Assembly (NCBI GenBank): GCA_963695545.1
Contig: OY968796.1
Span: 3,136,001-3,200,000 of the forward strand
Direction of reading: 5' to 3'
Length of the DNA stretch: 64,000 bases
DNA from: Terriglobia bacterium
Lineage (GTDB): Bacteria > Acidobacteriota > Terriglobia > Acidiferrales > UBA7541
Each line of letters opens with the position of its first letter. Within the stretch, counting starts at the first letter, position 1. Of this stretch, positions 10,370 to 20,493 are shown piece by piece. Under the pieces are notes generated by a model. That model was not told the origin of the DNA. It was given only the letters and a program-made list of their open reading frames with translations, and ran no database searches. Both the position numbers and the translations under genes were made by a program.

Positions 10370-11909
10370 CAAGCTAATGGAGCGGAGGAGGAACGCCGTC
10401 GCAACTGGATCGAGATCGACAGCTTGAACGCGATCTTCAGTTGACTGCGCTCGTTCGGATACGGCAGCACTTCCCACTTGAGTGCGGCTCGTAGAATCCG
10501 TTTCGTCCGCCCGTCGCCATAAAATCCAACTGACGCTTTCCGGCTATCGTCCTTAAAGAAATCACAGCCTTCCGAGGTTAGCAGTTGTTTTTGTTGGGCA
10601 CTACTACGCTGTACCTCAGTTTTCCGAAGCGGCGATCACGGGTCAGAAGATGAACGTTTCGGGCGTCGAAGACCCTGCCATCCGGCCGCCGGAATTTTTC
10701 CGTGGGGTTCGTGAAGCCGCAAAATGACCCATTCTAACGACTGGTAAACAATTCCGAGTTCATTTCCCTTTGGATCGGCATAGGCGACGAAAATGTTGTA
10801 CCCCCCCTTTCTCATCTCTCGGCTTGCAGGCTGATCAATAAGGTAGCCGCTGAACCCGTGTGGGTTCTACCATCCGTAGAACGCCTGATTGGGTCAGCCC
10901 AACGCAGAGTGCAGCCGCGTGTGAGCGGATTACCTTCTGTGCATGCTCGGAGCCGCAGACAGACGCCTTGACCTTCGTACCAGCCGTACTGCCAAAACAA
11001 ACGCAGCCTGCAATGTATTGCCGAAGGACAAACCGTAAGCAAATTCGGAACTGCCGAGCGGACTCGCCAGCCATTCAAAGGCGACAACCAAATTGCGTGC
11101 CTCAGCAAGGGAAATCTCCTTGACGGTCGCGTTTTTGAAATCAGAGGCTAATGCCATTTTTTCGGCAAGGAGCGGATCGGGTTGTTCTGCCATACGTTCG
11201 CGGTTCACGCGCTGGAAGGCTTTGCCATTTGCTGGATAATCCTCAAAGTCTTTGGAAATTTGTTTCTCGCACTCCCCAGCGTGCTTCGCCAAGTTCCTCA
11301 AAGCAAGAGTCAGCTTCTTGGTGATCGTCGGGCTGAGCCGACTGCGAAGCTGGGTTACTTTTTCCAGCTTCTCCCTACGGCTGGCCGATTCGAGGTCGCG
11401 AATCAACTCTGACGCAACGAGATTCACGTCCGGCTCCGAAATTACGCCAGTCGGCGTGACGATCTCTCTGATCTCGCGAAGCAAGCCGCTGTAGTCAGTT
11501 CTCCGTTTTTCTCTCGCGCCTGAACGAGAGCCTTTTCAAACGTAGCATCATCAACGAGGCGCGCGATTCTCTGCCACTTCGCGCTCTGATCCTTCGATAT
11601 ACCGATTTCCTCTAGTGTGGGCGGATTGGCGGTCGGTCTGCTCGACCGCCTTTTGACTCCATCCTTACGCGGTCGTCCTTCACCCCTTGTGCCGGGGTTC
11701 TTTTCCATTTCAAGCAAGAGTTGTCCTGTCCTGCGCTCGGCACGAATTCTTATCTCCGCTGCCTGATTCTGGAGTTCAAAGTCGCCCGCCTGCTTGGCGT
11801 AAACGCGAACGGCTTCCGCTTTGTCACGGATCGCCTTCACCTCATCGACACGGTGGGCGGCGGCGAGCGCACGTCGGGCGGCGTCGTAACGAATGAGCGC
11901 GACAGTCAT
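10370..11909 (-). CDS. Mom-family (GNAT-like) DNA adenine-modification protein fused to an N-terminal helical domain; several indels, 3' end approximate
   Basis: Stitched: MTVALIRYDAARRALAAAHRVDEVKAIRDKAEA...VKEISLAEARNLVVAFEWL...YGLSFG.YIAGCVCFG...LTRGC...AATLLIS...YNIFVAYADPKGNELGIVYQSLEWSFCG...LKWEVLPYP(K). Confidence 0.72.
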
Positions 11910-11980
11910 ATTCAGAGAATTCTCTGGCAGCAAAGGACAACGTCAAGCTACGAGAGCCGTGAAGTGGTATCTTTTTCGGC

Positions 11981-13017
11981 ATGACATCGGACAGGCGCAC
12001 GGTTTTCGTAGTGGGAGCGGGTTTCTCCGCTGATCTTGAATACCCGCTTACTTCTCAACTGCTGCCCCGAGTCAGAAATCGTTTCGACAAAGCGTTTTCG
12101 ACGCAGTTTGACGAGGTGGTCAGATTTCATCACCCCGGATGGGACAGGCGACGGGCTACGCTTCCCGACATCGAACAACTGTTGACGGAATTGTCTGCAA
12201 ACGAAGAGTTGCTGCCTGCGGTTCGTTCGGACTCCCGTTCGATAGCGTTACTCTCGAACGGTTTCGGGAGGAATTGCTGCGCCTCGTTGCCGTTTGGTTC
12301 CACGAAATCCATCAGAAACGCTCTTCGGCGGGCGACAGATCATTGGATCGCTTTCTGAAGCTTATAGGCGAATCAGAGAATCCAGTGGTGATCTCTTTCA
12401 ACTGGGATTACGAGTTGGACGAAGCGTTGTTCGGCAAGAATGGCAAATCCCCAGACCTAACCCGCGAAAGTTACGGGCTAAACACGGGAAAGCTCGCGAG
12501 TCCCGCGTTGCTGAAACCACACGGATCACTGAATTGGTATCCCTCTCGTTCCGGCAAGCACATACAACGTGACTTGCGATTACGGCTGTGGAGATCATCT
12601 GGGTCGGAGCCGTCCATGTACTGTTTCATGCGATGGCGGGCGGTACGCTCGACGCAGGGACGGCGATATGTACCGTGGATTGTTCCACCGACACACTGGA
12701 AACGATTCGACCATTCGATGATGAAACACATTTGGAAGCGGTGTGTGGATACTCTGAGCACCGCTCGTCGAGTGTATTTTCTGGGTTACTCGCTGCCGCT
12801 TGCGGATTGGCATTCCAGATACATTTTTCGCTGTGGGTTCCATAATCAAATTGAAGGACTACCGCTGGCGGGTGGAGGGCGTGCGAAGCCAACCCGATTG
12901 GCAAAGGTCACGGTGGTGAACCCGGATAGCGTCGCCGTTCAGAGGATAGAAACGACGTGTGGAGTGAAAGCCCGCTGGATCGACGACACGATCAGATCAT
13001 GGCTACGATCCCGTTGA
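11981..13017 (+). CDS. SIR2-like (SIR2_2) NADase-family protein (single frameshift at 12229-12230)
   Basis: VFVVGAGFS, ISFNWD, LKPHGSLNW, IVPPT, FLGYSLP.AD motifs; adding one G joins the two ORFs. Confidence 0.85.
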
Positions 13018-13338
13018 TTGAGCGTATTTCGAGCACGATGTGTCATCGGTTTTTGCTTGTCCCTGCCCTGCGGCTGCGTCCGACCTCGATCTGCTCGCGT
13101 TTATTTAACCTATCTTCCAGCGTCACCGTAAGCTGCTGATGTCAAAGGGCGAATTTCGCCGATTTTGACAGCCCAAATTTCATCCGTTAGATGAACATTA
13201 CGGGAGCCGGGCGATGAAACCGTTTTCGGCTGAGAATAATCTTCATCTCTCTACTGCTTCGCTCGCTGGAAACTGACCTGACCGGGGTTTTTTGTACCAG
13301 CGGGAGTGAGAGAGAATTCACTCTGGAGGGAAGCTGGT

Positions 13339-13617
13339 ATGCCGATGAGGAGATACAAGCCGGAGCAGATCGTCACGCTGCTGCGGCAAGTTGAAGTTGA
13401 AATCGCCAACGGAAAGAGCACCCCACAAGCCTGCAAGGAAGCCGAGATCACCGCGCAGACCTACTACCGCTGGCGGAAGGAATACGGCGGCCTGAAGTTG
13501 GATCAAGCGAAACGCCTCAAAGAGTTGGAGCGGGAAAACGCCAAGCTGAAACGGTTGGTGGCGGAGCTTTCGTTGGAGAAGCAAATTCTGAAGGATGTGG
13601 CAGAGGGAAACTTCTAA
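13339..13617 (+). CDS. IS3 transposase OrfA
   Basis: YKPEQIVTLLRQ...QTYYRWRKEYGG...LKELERENAKLKRLVAEL (HTH + leucine zipper). Confidence 0.93.
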   Translation: MPMRRYKPEQIVTLLRQVEVEIANGKSTPQACKEAEITAQTYYRWRKEYGGLKLDQAKRLKELERENAKLKRLVAELSLEKQILKDVAEGNF

Positions 13618-14483
13618 GCCCTGAGCGGCGACGTAGCGCGGTGGAGCATGCACGCGAGAGCTACCAAGTATCAGAGCGGCATGCCTGCCGGTTGCTGGGG
13701 CAGTGGAGAGGGACACAACGCTACGAGGTGATCCACCGAACGGATGAAGACGCGCTGACGCGAGACATCGTGGCGCTGGCCAGCGAGTACGGGCGCTTCG
13801 GCTATCGGAGGATCACGGCGCTGTTGCAAGCACGGGGCTGGTATGTGGGCAAGGATCGGGTGCAGCGGATCTGGCGGCGCGAAGGGCTGAAAGTGCCGCA
13901 GGGACAAAGGCCGCGAGGAAGGCTGTGGTTGAACGACGGATCGTGTGTTCGTCTCCGGCCGGAACGAGCCAACCATGTGTGGAGCTACGATTTCGTGAGC
14001 GCGATGACCCACGACGGCCGAACACTGCGAATGCTGACGCTGATCGACGAATACACGCGGGAGTGCCTGGCGATCCGCGTGGCGAGAAGGCTGGGGAGAT
14101 ACGAAGTGATCGAAGCGCTGGCGGACGTGATGCTTTACCGGGGAATTCCGGAACATATTCGCTCGGACAACGGCCCGGAGTTCGTGGCCAAGGAGCTGAG
14201 GAGTTGGCTGGCGAAGGTGGGAACGGGGACGCTGTACATCGAACCGGGAAGCCCTTGGGAGAATGGCTACTGCGAAAGCTTCAACGGGAAATTGCGCGAT
14301 GAATGTTTGAACGGAGAGATTTTTTACTCGCTGAAGGAAGCGCAGATCGTGATCGAGAAATGGCGGATGGTGTACAACACGCTGCGTCCGCACTCAGCGC
14401 TGGGCTACAGGCCACCGGCGCCGGTGGCCTGTAGCCCCTTGGTGCCGCCAATTCTCGGTTCGCCGTCGACGGCTGTGATGTAG
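13614..14483 (+). CDS. IS3 transposase OrfB (DDE), reached by -1 frameshift
   Basis: WSYDF, IDEYTRE, SDNGPEF, PGSPWENGYCESFNGKLRDE, RPHSALGY. Confidence 0.95.
   Translation, partial: LSPERRRSAVEHARESYQVSERHACRLLGQWRGTQRYEVIHRTDEDALTRDIVALASEYGRFGYRRITALLQARGWYVGKDRVQRIWRREGLKVPQGQRPRGRLWLNDGSCVRLRPERANHVWSYDFVSAMTHDGRTLRMLTLIDEYTRECLAIRVARRLGRYEVIEALADVMLYRGIPEHIRSDNGPEFVAKELRSWLAKVGTGTLYIEPGSPWENGYCESFNGKLRDECLNGEIFYSLKEAQIVIEKWRMVYNTLRPHSALGYRPPAPVACSPLVPPILGSPSTAVM
14402..14437. repeat. Perfect 36-bp palindrome inside IS orfB
   Basis: GGGCTACAGGCCACCGGC|GCCGGTGGCCTGTAGCCC, no loop. Confidence 0.95.
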
Positions 14484-14523
14484 ACTCTCTCATTCACCGT
14501 GGTACAAAAACTCGGGCTGGTCA

Positions 14524-16336
14524 AGAGCCACGGCGGGTTGCCGATGATGAAGTCGAATTGTTGCTTCAGCATCGCGGGTCTGTAGCTGTTGCGGATGATG
14601 AACGACCAGATGGTGTTCTTCTCCTGTCGGATCAAGTCCGCCAACTTTTCGGTGAAAGACCAAAGCGCGTCAACAATCGCTGCATGCTCAAGCAGTTTGT
14701 ACAATTCGGGAACATTGACCGTCAGATACTTGTTTAGTGTCGTTCTGCTTTCCTTCTTCGATTTTGCGTGCGCCTCGGCGACCGTCGCGCAGGCGGCAAT
14801 CGCGTCGTCAAAAAGCTCCGGTGAGTGGATAAGCCAGTCCGGCATCGCGACCGTCTTTTCATTCTTCTCGCCGAACTGAATTTCGAAACCGCTCAACTTC
14901 TCGTACAGATTCTGCTCGACTTCGCGCGGAAGGAACAGCGAGTCCGCCAGATACACGGGGATGTTGACGGGCTTGCGTGCGGCGTTCACGAGCTTGCCGA
15001 GCGCGAGAACGTATGTGGCGCGGGAGATAGTAACCGCGACGGGGTGGATGTCGATGCCCTGAACCTTGCCGAGTATCATTCGCAGCTTGTCGTTGTCAGT
15101 GCCATCGGGATTGTGGTTCAGGAAGTGGTGGATCGTGGCACGCAGGAAGCTGCCCGAGCCGCAGCTTGGATCGAGCACCGCTTTGTAGCCGTGCTTCGGT
15201 AAAAGCTCGTCCACGATGCGTTCGCACAGCCAGTCGGGCGTGTAATACTCGCCAAGGTCGTGACGATCCTTGGGGTCGATCAACTGCTGGTAGACGCCCT
15301 TGAGCACGTCCTCCTTGATGTGAGACAGGTCATAGTCCGCGAGGTGTGAGAGGATGCGCTCCCACATCGGGGCGAGAATCTTCTCGGCTTCCACGCTGCG
15401 AATCCAGTGAAAGAAGTCATCATCCACGAGGTTCGCGAGCCGCTTGGACTCGAAGTAGCGACCCGAGAGCACATCCTTCGCGACCTGCCTCAGGTTCGCG
15501 GTGCTCTTGCCCTGCGACAGGGCAGCCCAAATCAGCAGCCGGGCGATGCTCGCGAGATAGGTGTGCCGCAGGAACAGGTTCTCAAGCTCGGAGATTTCCT
15601 GCGCGGTCTCTATGTCCCGCACCGCCGTGGTGTCCTCGGTCAGGCGACCGTAGGTGACGGTGAGGTACCGCTGCCACGTCTCGAACGCGAGCTTGGCTTC
15701 CGATCCGCCGCTGACCTTTGCCCACGCACGCTTGAGCGCAGCCATGCCCTCGTGGAACTGGAAGCTCTGGCTGCCGAACTCAAGCTGGAACTGCTCGGCG
15801 GTCGCCTCTACCTGCTGCTCACGAAACAGCAAACTCGTGAGCCACAGCCAAAACTCGCCCAGCGTCTCATCTGCCAGCTTGAAGTCGCTTAGTTCGTCCA
15901 GCACGACGTTCTCAGGCGTCGGCTCCTTCCCCTCGGGAAGCACGGGGCGGTAGCGAATCCAACGGCTGCCGTCCGTCGCTATCGCCAGCAGTGGACGCAG
16001 CGCGTTTCTCTTTTCCTTCTGCCAAGTCCCGGCGACGTACTCGCAAAGCTGACCCTTCGCCTCTTCGAGCGTGGCGGACAGAGACTTCTCAAACTCGATG
16101 ATGGCGTTGCCGTAGTAGGCGTCGGCGCGTCCTCTCTTCTGTCCCACCGCTTGGTCGATGCGGATCAGTTTCTCGACCCCACGGGAGAACTCGGAGACGG
16201 CGTTCGTGCCGGGGAAAAGCTCTGCGATTACGGCGGCGAAGCGCGACCGCTTGGCGGCTTCGTTGGGGAGTGTCTTGACCTCGCGGGCGTAGGCCCGCAA
16301 CGTCTCCTTGACCTTTGGCTCAAGCGTCTCAGGCAT
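14524..16336 (-). pseudogene. Type IIG-like fused restriction endonuclease / N6-adenine methyltransferase, truncated by the IS
   Basis: N-terminal GRADAYYGNAIIEFEK nuclease motif, GEYYTPDWL, VLDPSCGSGSFL, FIIGNPPWL, then the IS end; the C-terminal region is absent. Confidence 0.88.
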
Positions 16337-16421
16337 TGGCGTGAATGATAGCAGCGAGGGCAAAGAAAAGGGGTGCATCTTGCGATGCTCTTACGGCATC
16401 AGCAACTTTTCTTGTTCCGCT

Positions 16422-17892
16422 TTAGCTGGAGGCGAGTCGAAGTTTTTCTAACAGCTTTAGAAGAGCTAGCGTATCCAGAGCACAATAGTCGAGCAGAGCT
16501 TTCTGAATTCTCTCGCGCTCGCCGCCATCAAAGCAGCCGCGCAAGAGCGCCTCCCACGCCAGTCCGGCTTCCTGCCCGTTCGCAACCGTCATCCCGTCGT
16601 AGCTCATCTCAGGCACGAGAGCGGGCAGCACGGACTTGAGGCTGTACGATCCGGCGAACGCGGGGTGGTAAACATGTGCCCGCACGATGGGCAGTAGATC
16701 GAACAGGCGGTCTTGGATTGTTTTGATCTGATCCGCGAACCGAGGAAACCAAGTCGCGAGTTCCGAAAGACGCTTAGATTCGAACGACGAATACACGACG
16801 ATGCTGCCGCTTTCGCCGAGTGCAGCGCAGAGGGAGCTAATGAACTCGCGCCGAGGATCGCTGCTACCTGCGGCAAGAAACTCGTAGTGCTCTGGCTCTG
16901 CGCCCGCTTGTCGCTGCACATGGACTGACCATTGAAAGGGCAGGTGGTCGTAGGGTCGCATTCCCGCGAACGGCGGAATCGCCCGATTCAGAGTCTCGAA
17001 ATCGGCGAAGTACAACGGGTAGGTCAACCCGTCCAACAGATCGCGGAGTCCATCGCTGAACCACGGTCGTCCCGTCTGCACGCACGTCGCAGCACGGCGT
17101 TGAATGTCGCTCAACTGGAAATCGTGAGGGATGTCCCGAATTGACTCGACGCCAATCTCCTCAAGCGCATCGACCGCGCTGGCGTGGATGCGCGGCAAAA
17201 ATCCGATGTGATCCTGCGAGCGCGGCGGGTTGCAGTGATCGAAAAATTCGCAAGTGACGGGGGCGGTACAGTGCGCACCAATTTTGATGTTGGGAGGAGT
17301 CGGCTGCTCCAGAATCCGAAATTCCGACCGTAGCTGCAACGTCAGCTTGTGCTGCAACCCCTCGACTCGCCGGGCCACATTGCGGATGCGAAAGAATTCT
17401 CGCGGGTCGATTTCACCGCCCGGATAAACATAGTTTCGGTTGATGTGAGCCAGAGATGCCGAAGCCATGTCCAGCCCTGACCGCGAAACCACGCGATACT
17501 GGATCGCTACGTCTTCGAGGTGGTGATCCTTGAGATCGGTCGTTGACTTGACTTCAATCAATTTCCAGCGACCGTCGAGCCGTCGCTGTAGGACGTCCAC
17601 TTTCACGAGCACGTTCTTGTGCTCAAACACCCCCTCGAAAATCGCTGGCACGTCCGGGTTTGCCACCAGTTCGCGAGTTGCGCGGATCGCTTTGTCCAGC
17701 CTGCCGTCACTCGGAACCTCGACCCCGCCCGGAAAAAGCTGCCGGGCAAGCAAGACCGACCTGCCGCCCCTGTTCGATGATGGCTTGATCAGCAGCGTCC
17801 GGCGCGACTGCCAGTTCTGGTTCGTGGACGAGCAGATACAAACGTTTGGCGCACTGGCGGCCAGCAATAACTTTTGTTTTGCTGATTCTCAT
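16422..17892 (-). CDS. DUF2779-type RecB/Cas4-like nuclease (frameshift ~17750)
   Basis: ISKTKVIAGRQCAKRLYL, VDVL...LIEVKS, HC..PVTCEFFDHC, ADFET, LPFQWSVH, GSYSLKSVLP, YCALDT. Confidence 0.85.
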
Positions 17893-17925
17893 GTTCAAGG
17901 CTTCGAGCAGCGGCGTCGGACTGAA

Positions 17926-18267
17926 TTATGCATCCGCCCGATACGGCTTCCTATCGTCGATCAGATGAAGCTTGTACTTGTGAAATTGCGCGATGCTTGC
18001 CGGGGAACGGTCGCGCCCGCAGAAGATGTCCTTGAGTCGCGAGTCCGCGCAAGCGAGCCGCTCAAGAGCACGCCACCACAGGATACCGGGTCGCCCGGAG
18101 TCGGTCGCACCGTCCGGGCGCGAGTGGAGGAGCCGGAACTCCCTTTCGGAATTGACAAAGTCCCTGACGGCGTTCTCCACTTCCTCCGGGCTGGGGTTGA
18201 CGAACTTGACCTCGATCTCTCCATCCGGCTTGACGCTCGTCTCGATGATTTCGTCGAACATCTCCAC
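17926..18267 (-). CDS. Hypothetical protein, paralog of the adjacent gene
   Basis: GAGGAG RBS; FDEIIETSVKPDGEIEVKFV aligns with the neighbour. Confidence 0.65.
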   Translation of the reverse strand: MEMFDEIIETSVKPDGEIEVKFVNPSPEEVENAVRDFVNSEREFRLLHSRPDGATDSGRPGILWWRALERLACADSRLKDIFCGRDRSPASIAQFHKYKLHLIDDRKPYRADA

Positions 18268-18293
18268 GTCACTCCTCCTCGCAGCGTCGCCCG

Positions 18294-18623
18294 CTAAGCC
18301 TGCGCCTTGACCCTGTGCATATAGAGCAGGAGCGAGCGGAACCGTTCGTATGCTTCCGCCCGCATCTCCTTATCAGCCCACCCCTCGAAGAACATCTGCT
18401 TGAGTTTCCCCTCGGCGGCAACCGACCTGTCCTTCGCTGTCTCGTCCGCGTATGTGCACGAGAAGTACTCGTTGGCGGCGAACTCGACCATGGTCTGCGC
18501 GAGGTCGATGTCGCGGATCATCTGCTCGTCGCCGATCAGCCTCACGGTTACCGTGCCGTCAGGGGCAATCTTCGTCTCGATCTGCTCGTCGAGCGTCGTC
18601 GCGACCTGCTTGTCGTCCGCCAT
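18294..18623 (-). CDS. Hypothetical protein, paralog of the adjacent gene
   Basis: GGAG RBS; LDEQIETKIAPDGTVTVRLI. Confidence 0.65.
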   Translation of the reverse strand: MADDKQVATTLDEQIETKIAPDGTVTVRLIGDEQMIRDIDLAQTMVEFAANEYFSCTYADETAKDRSVAAEGKLKQMFFEGWADKEMRAEAYERFRSLLLYMHRVKAQA

Positions 18624-18665
18624 CTCTTCTCTTTCTCCCTATCGAATTGAGGTTCCGCTTCCTTC

Positions 18666-19203
18666 CTATACGGTGGCGTACATGTTCCGGCGAATCCAGC
18701 GGCTCAGCAGCACCAGCAGCACCGGGGCAAATACGAAGAACGGAGCGATGGCGAACACCAACGCCGCACTCTCGGGGTTGAGACTGCTGAGGCGTTCGGG
18801 AAACACCTTACCGAGTCCAATCGCGAAAATAACTTCGGCGGCGACGGAGCCGATGAAACCGCTGACCATGAACCAAATCGACTTGGCGAGCGTCTGCCAC
18901 ATACCGCCGTGGTCTTGACGCCAAGTGCTCAGCTTTCCCGCTCGCTGCCACTGCCGGACGCTGTGCCAATGGCAGATGAAGACCATCCAGATCGCGCAGG
19001 CAAGCGGTCCCGGTAAGGAAGTAGAGCACGCCCCAAATCCGCATATCGGCACCGCTCAACGCGAGAGCCTCGATGCCGACTGTAAAAAGAAGAGGAGCCG
19101 ATAGTCCAAACATGAGCAGGGTGAGTAGGAACAGGATTTCCGACAGCACCCATTTCAGGAATTCGCGGGCTGTTCCGGCGATGTCGATAACCATTGGCTC
19201 CAT
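18666..19203 (-). CDS. Multi-pass membrane protein (frameshift ~19020)
   Basis: Two overlapping hydrophobic ORFs (18808-19203 and 18666-19052); GGAGG RBS. Confidence 0.55.
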
Positions 19204-19257
19204 GGACGTTTCCTCCGGTACGAGACCCCTTCGCGATAGTTCTGGCGTCGGAAGATG

Positions 19258-19896
19258 TCAGGCGCATGCAGCCGTAGCGTGCTGAGAACGGGCAGCGGCG
19301 TACACAGTCCCAACTGACAGATTCATTTCGTTGGCTATCCACCGCCACGAATGCCCGGAGGCTCGCAGTGAGTTGATCCGGTCAACATCGACAGCTTTTC
19401 TCGGTCGCCCGAGGCGTTTGCCCTTCGCCCTAGCATTTCGCAATCCTGCCCGCACGCGCTCAACTATCGTCTCTCGCTCGCTTTCCGCTACCGCTGCGAG
19501 AACGTGAAAGACAAATTTGCCTGATGGAATCGTCGTATCAATTTGCTCGATCATTGCCACAAAATTGATCTTCAGCGCGTGAAAGGTCTCAAGTGCTCGG
19601 CACAGGTGTGAAACTGAGCGCGAAAAACGGTCGAACCGCCAGACGACGACCACGTCGAATCTCCGCGCATGAGCATCCGCCATCAAGCGATTCAGTTCGG
19701 GTCGGGAATCCTTCCTGCCCGAGACGCCCTCGTCCACATAGCAGTCAAAAATATCCCAGCCCCGTCGCTGACAGTACTCGCGCAGTTCTCGTGTCTGCAT
19801 CGCCGAGTCTTGCCCGTGACCTATCGTCGAAACCCGAGAATACACGGCAGCTTTGATCTTTTGCGGGCCGCAATCGCGAACAACCTGCAATCCCAT
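19258..19896 (-). CDS. Small serine resolvase/invertase with C-terminal HTH
   Basis: VYSRVST, DEGVSGRKDSRPEL, VWRFDRFSRS, ERVRAGL...GKRLGRP, SWRWIANEMNLSVGTV. Confidence 0.92.
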   Translation of the reverse strand: MGLQVVRDCGPQKIKAAVYSRVSTIGHGQDSAMQTRELREYCQRRGWDIFDCYVDEGVSGRKDSRPELNRLMADAHARRFDVVVVWRFDRFSRSVSHLCRALETFHALKINFVAMIEQIDTTIPSGKFVFHVLAAVAESERETIVERVRAGLRNARAKGKRLGRPRKAVDVDRINSLRASGHSWRWIANEMNLSVGTVYAAARSQHATAACA

Positions 19897-20063
19897 CAGG
19901 ACTCCCTTCGTACCCCAAACTGTTTGCCAAACCCGTTCAAAAACCCTGCGCGGGGCGTTCCGGGCGACGCTCTACTCTCCCGTAGACCTGATCCCTTCTG
20001 GTGAGCGTAGAACCGCCCAGAACGCCCCGACGAAGGCTGCTCATTTGCTCTTGGAATCGTCCT

Positions 20064-20315
20064 TCATCGCCTGCCCGCCTTCTGCTGCTCGTGCGCCTTT
20101 CGCAACGTCTCATCGAAGCATGCTTCGCACATGCCGCCAGTCTCGCCGCCGTCGCCTTGCGTAAATCGGTGAGCACAGGAAGGGCACCTGAACTCGATTC
20201 CGGTCGGAGGTTGACCTTGACCGTTGGGATGGAGCGGGACAGCCTCCGTTCCGCACCGAACGCACTTCTCGCCGAGAACTTGCTGGCACTGCACACAGAT
20301 GCGAGTCACGCGCAT
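20064..20315 (-). CDS. Small zinc-finger protein
   Basis: 83 aa with four CxxC motifs (CVQC, CVRC, CPSC, CEAC). Confidence 0.65.
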   Translation of the reverse strand: MRVTRICVQCQQVLGEKCVRCGTEAVPLHPNGQGQPPTGIEFRCPSCAHRFTQGDGGETGGMCEACFDETLRKAHEQQKAGRR

Positions 20316-20457
20316 CCCCGAATGGTGCCGAAGAACCGGGTGGGACTTGCGATTGCTGGCGAGGTTCCGAATGAAAACAGGGGCGTGAATGCGAGCGGAC
20401 AGACGACTGTTACAATTCGAGCAGCCATTGCAGCCTCCAGTTAGGTTGCTGTGGTCA

Positions 20458-20491
20458 GGGACGACCCGGTGTATCAGCACCGGGTCGTCCC
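20458..20491. terminator. Perfect 14-bp hairpin after the RHH gene
   Basis: GGGACGACCCGGTG-tatcag-CACCGGGTCGTCCC; no long U tract. Confidence 0.5.
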
Positions 20492-20493
20492 GC

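Larger units (their letters stand above)
13274..14523 (+). mobile_element. IS3-family (IS407-like) insertion sequence
   Basis: TG...CA ends; imperfect terminal IRs TGACCTGACCGGGGTTTTTTGTACCA / TGGTACAAAAACTCGGGCTGGTCA; orfA/orfB with slippery GGGAAAC at 13605-13611; no target duplication. Confidence 0.95.

Noticed and set aside
8809..13017. Canonical Thoeris (ThsA SIR2-SLOG + ThsB TIR)
   Set aside because: The SIR2 protein (~345 aa) has no evident SLOG domain, is on the opposite strand, and is separated from the TIR gene by two genes.
14405..14523. C-terminal 39 aa of the 657-aa RM ORF in the track
   Set aside because: This is read-through into the IS right end, not RM sequence.
16422..17892. 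CRISPR-Cas locus suggested by the Cas4-like nuclease
   Set aside because: No repeat-spacer array or other cas genes seen anywhere in the window.
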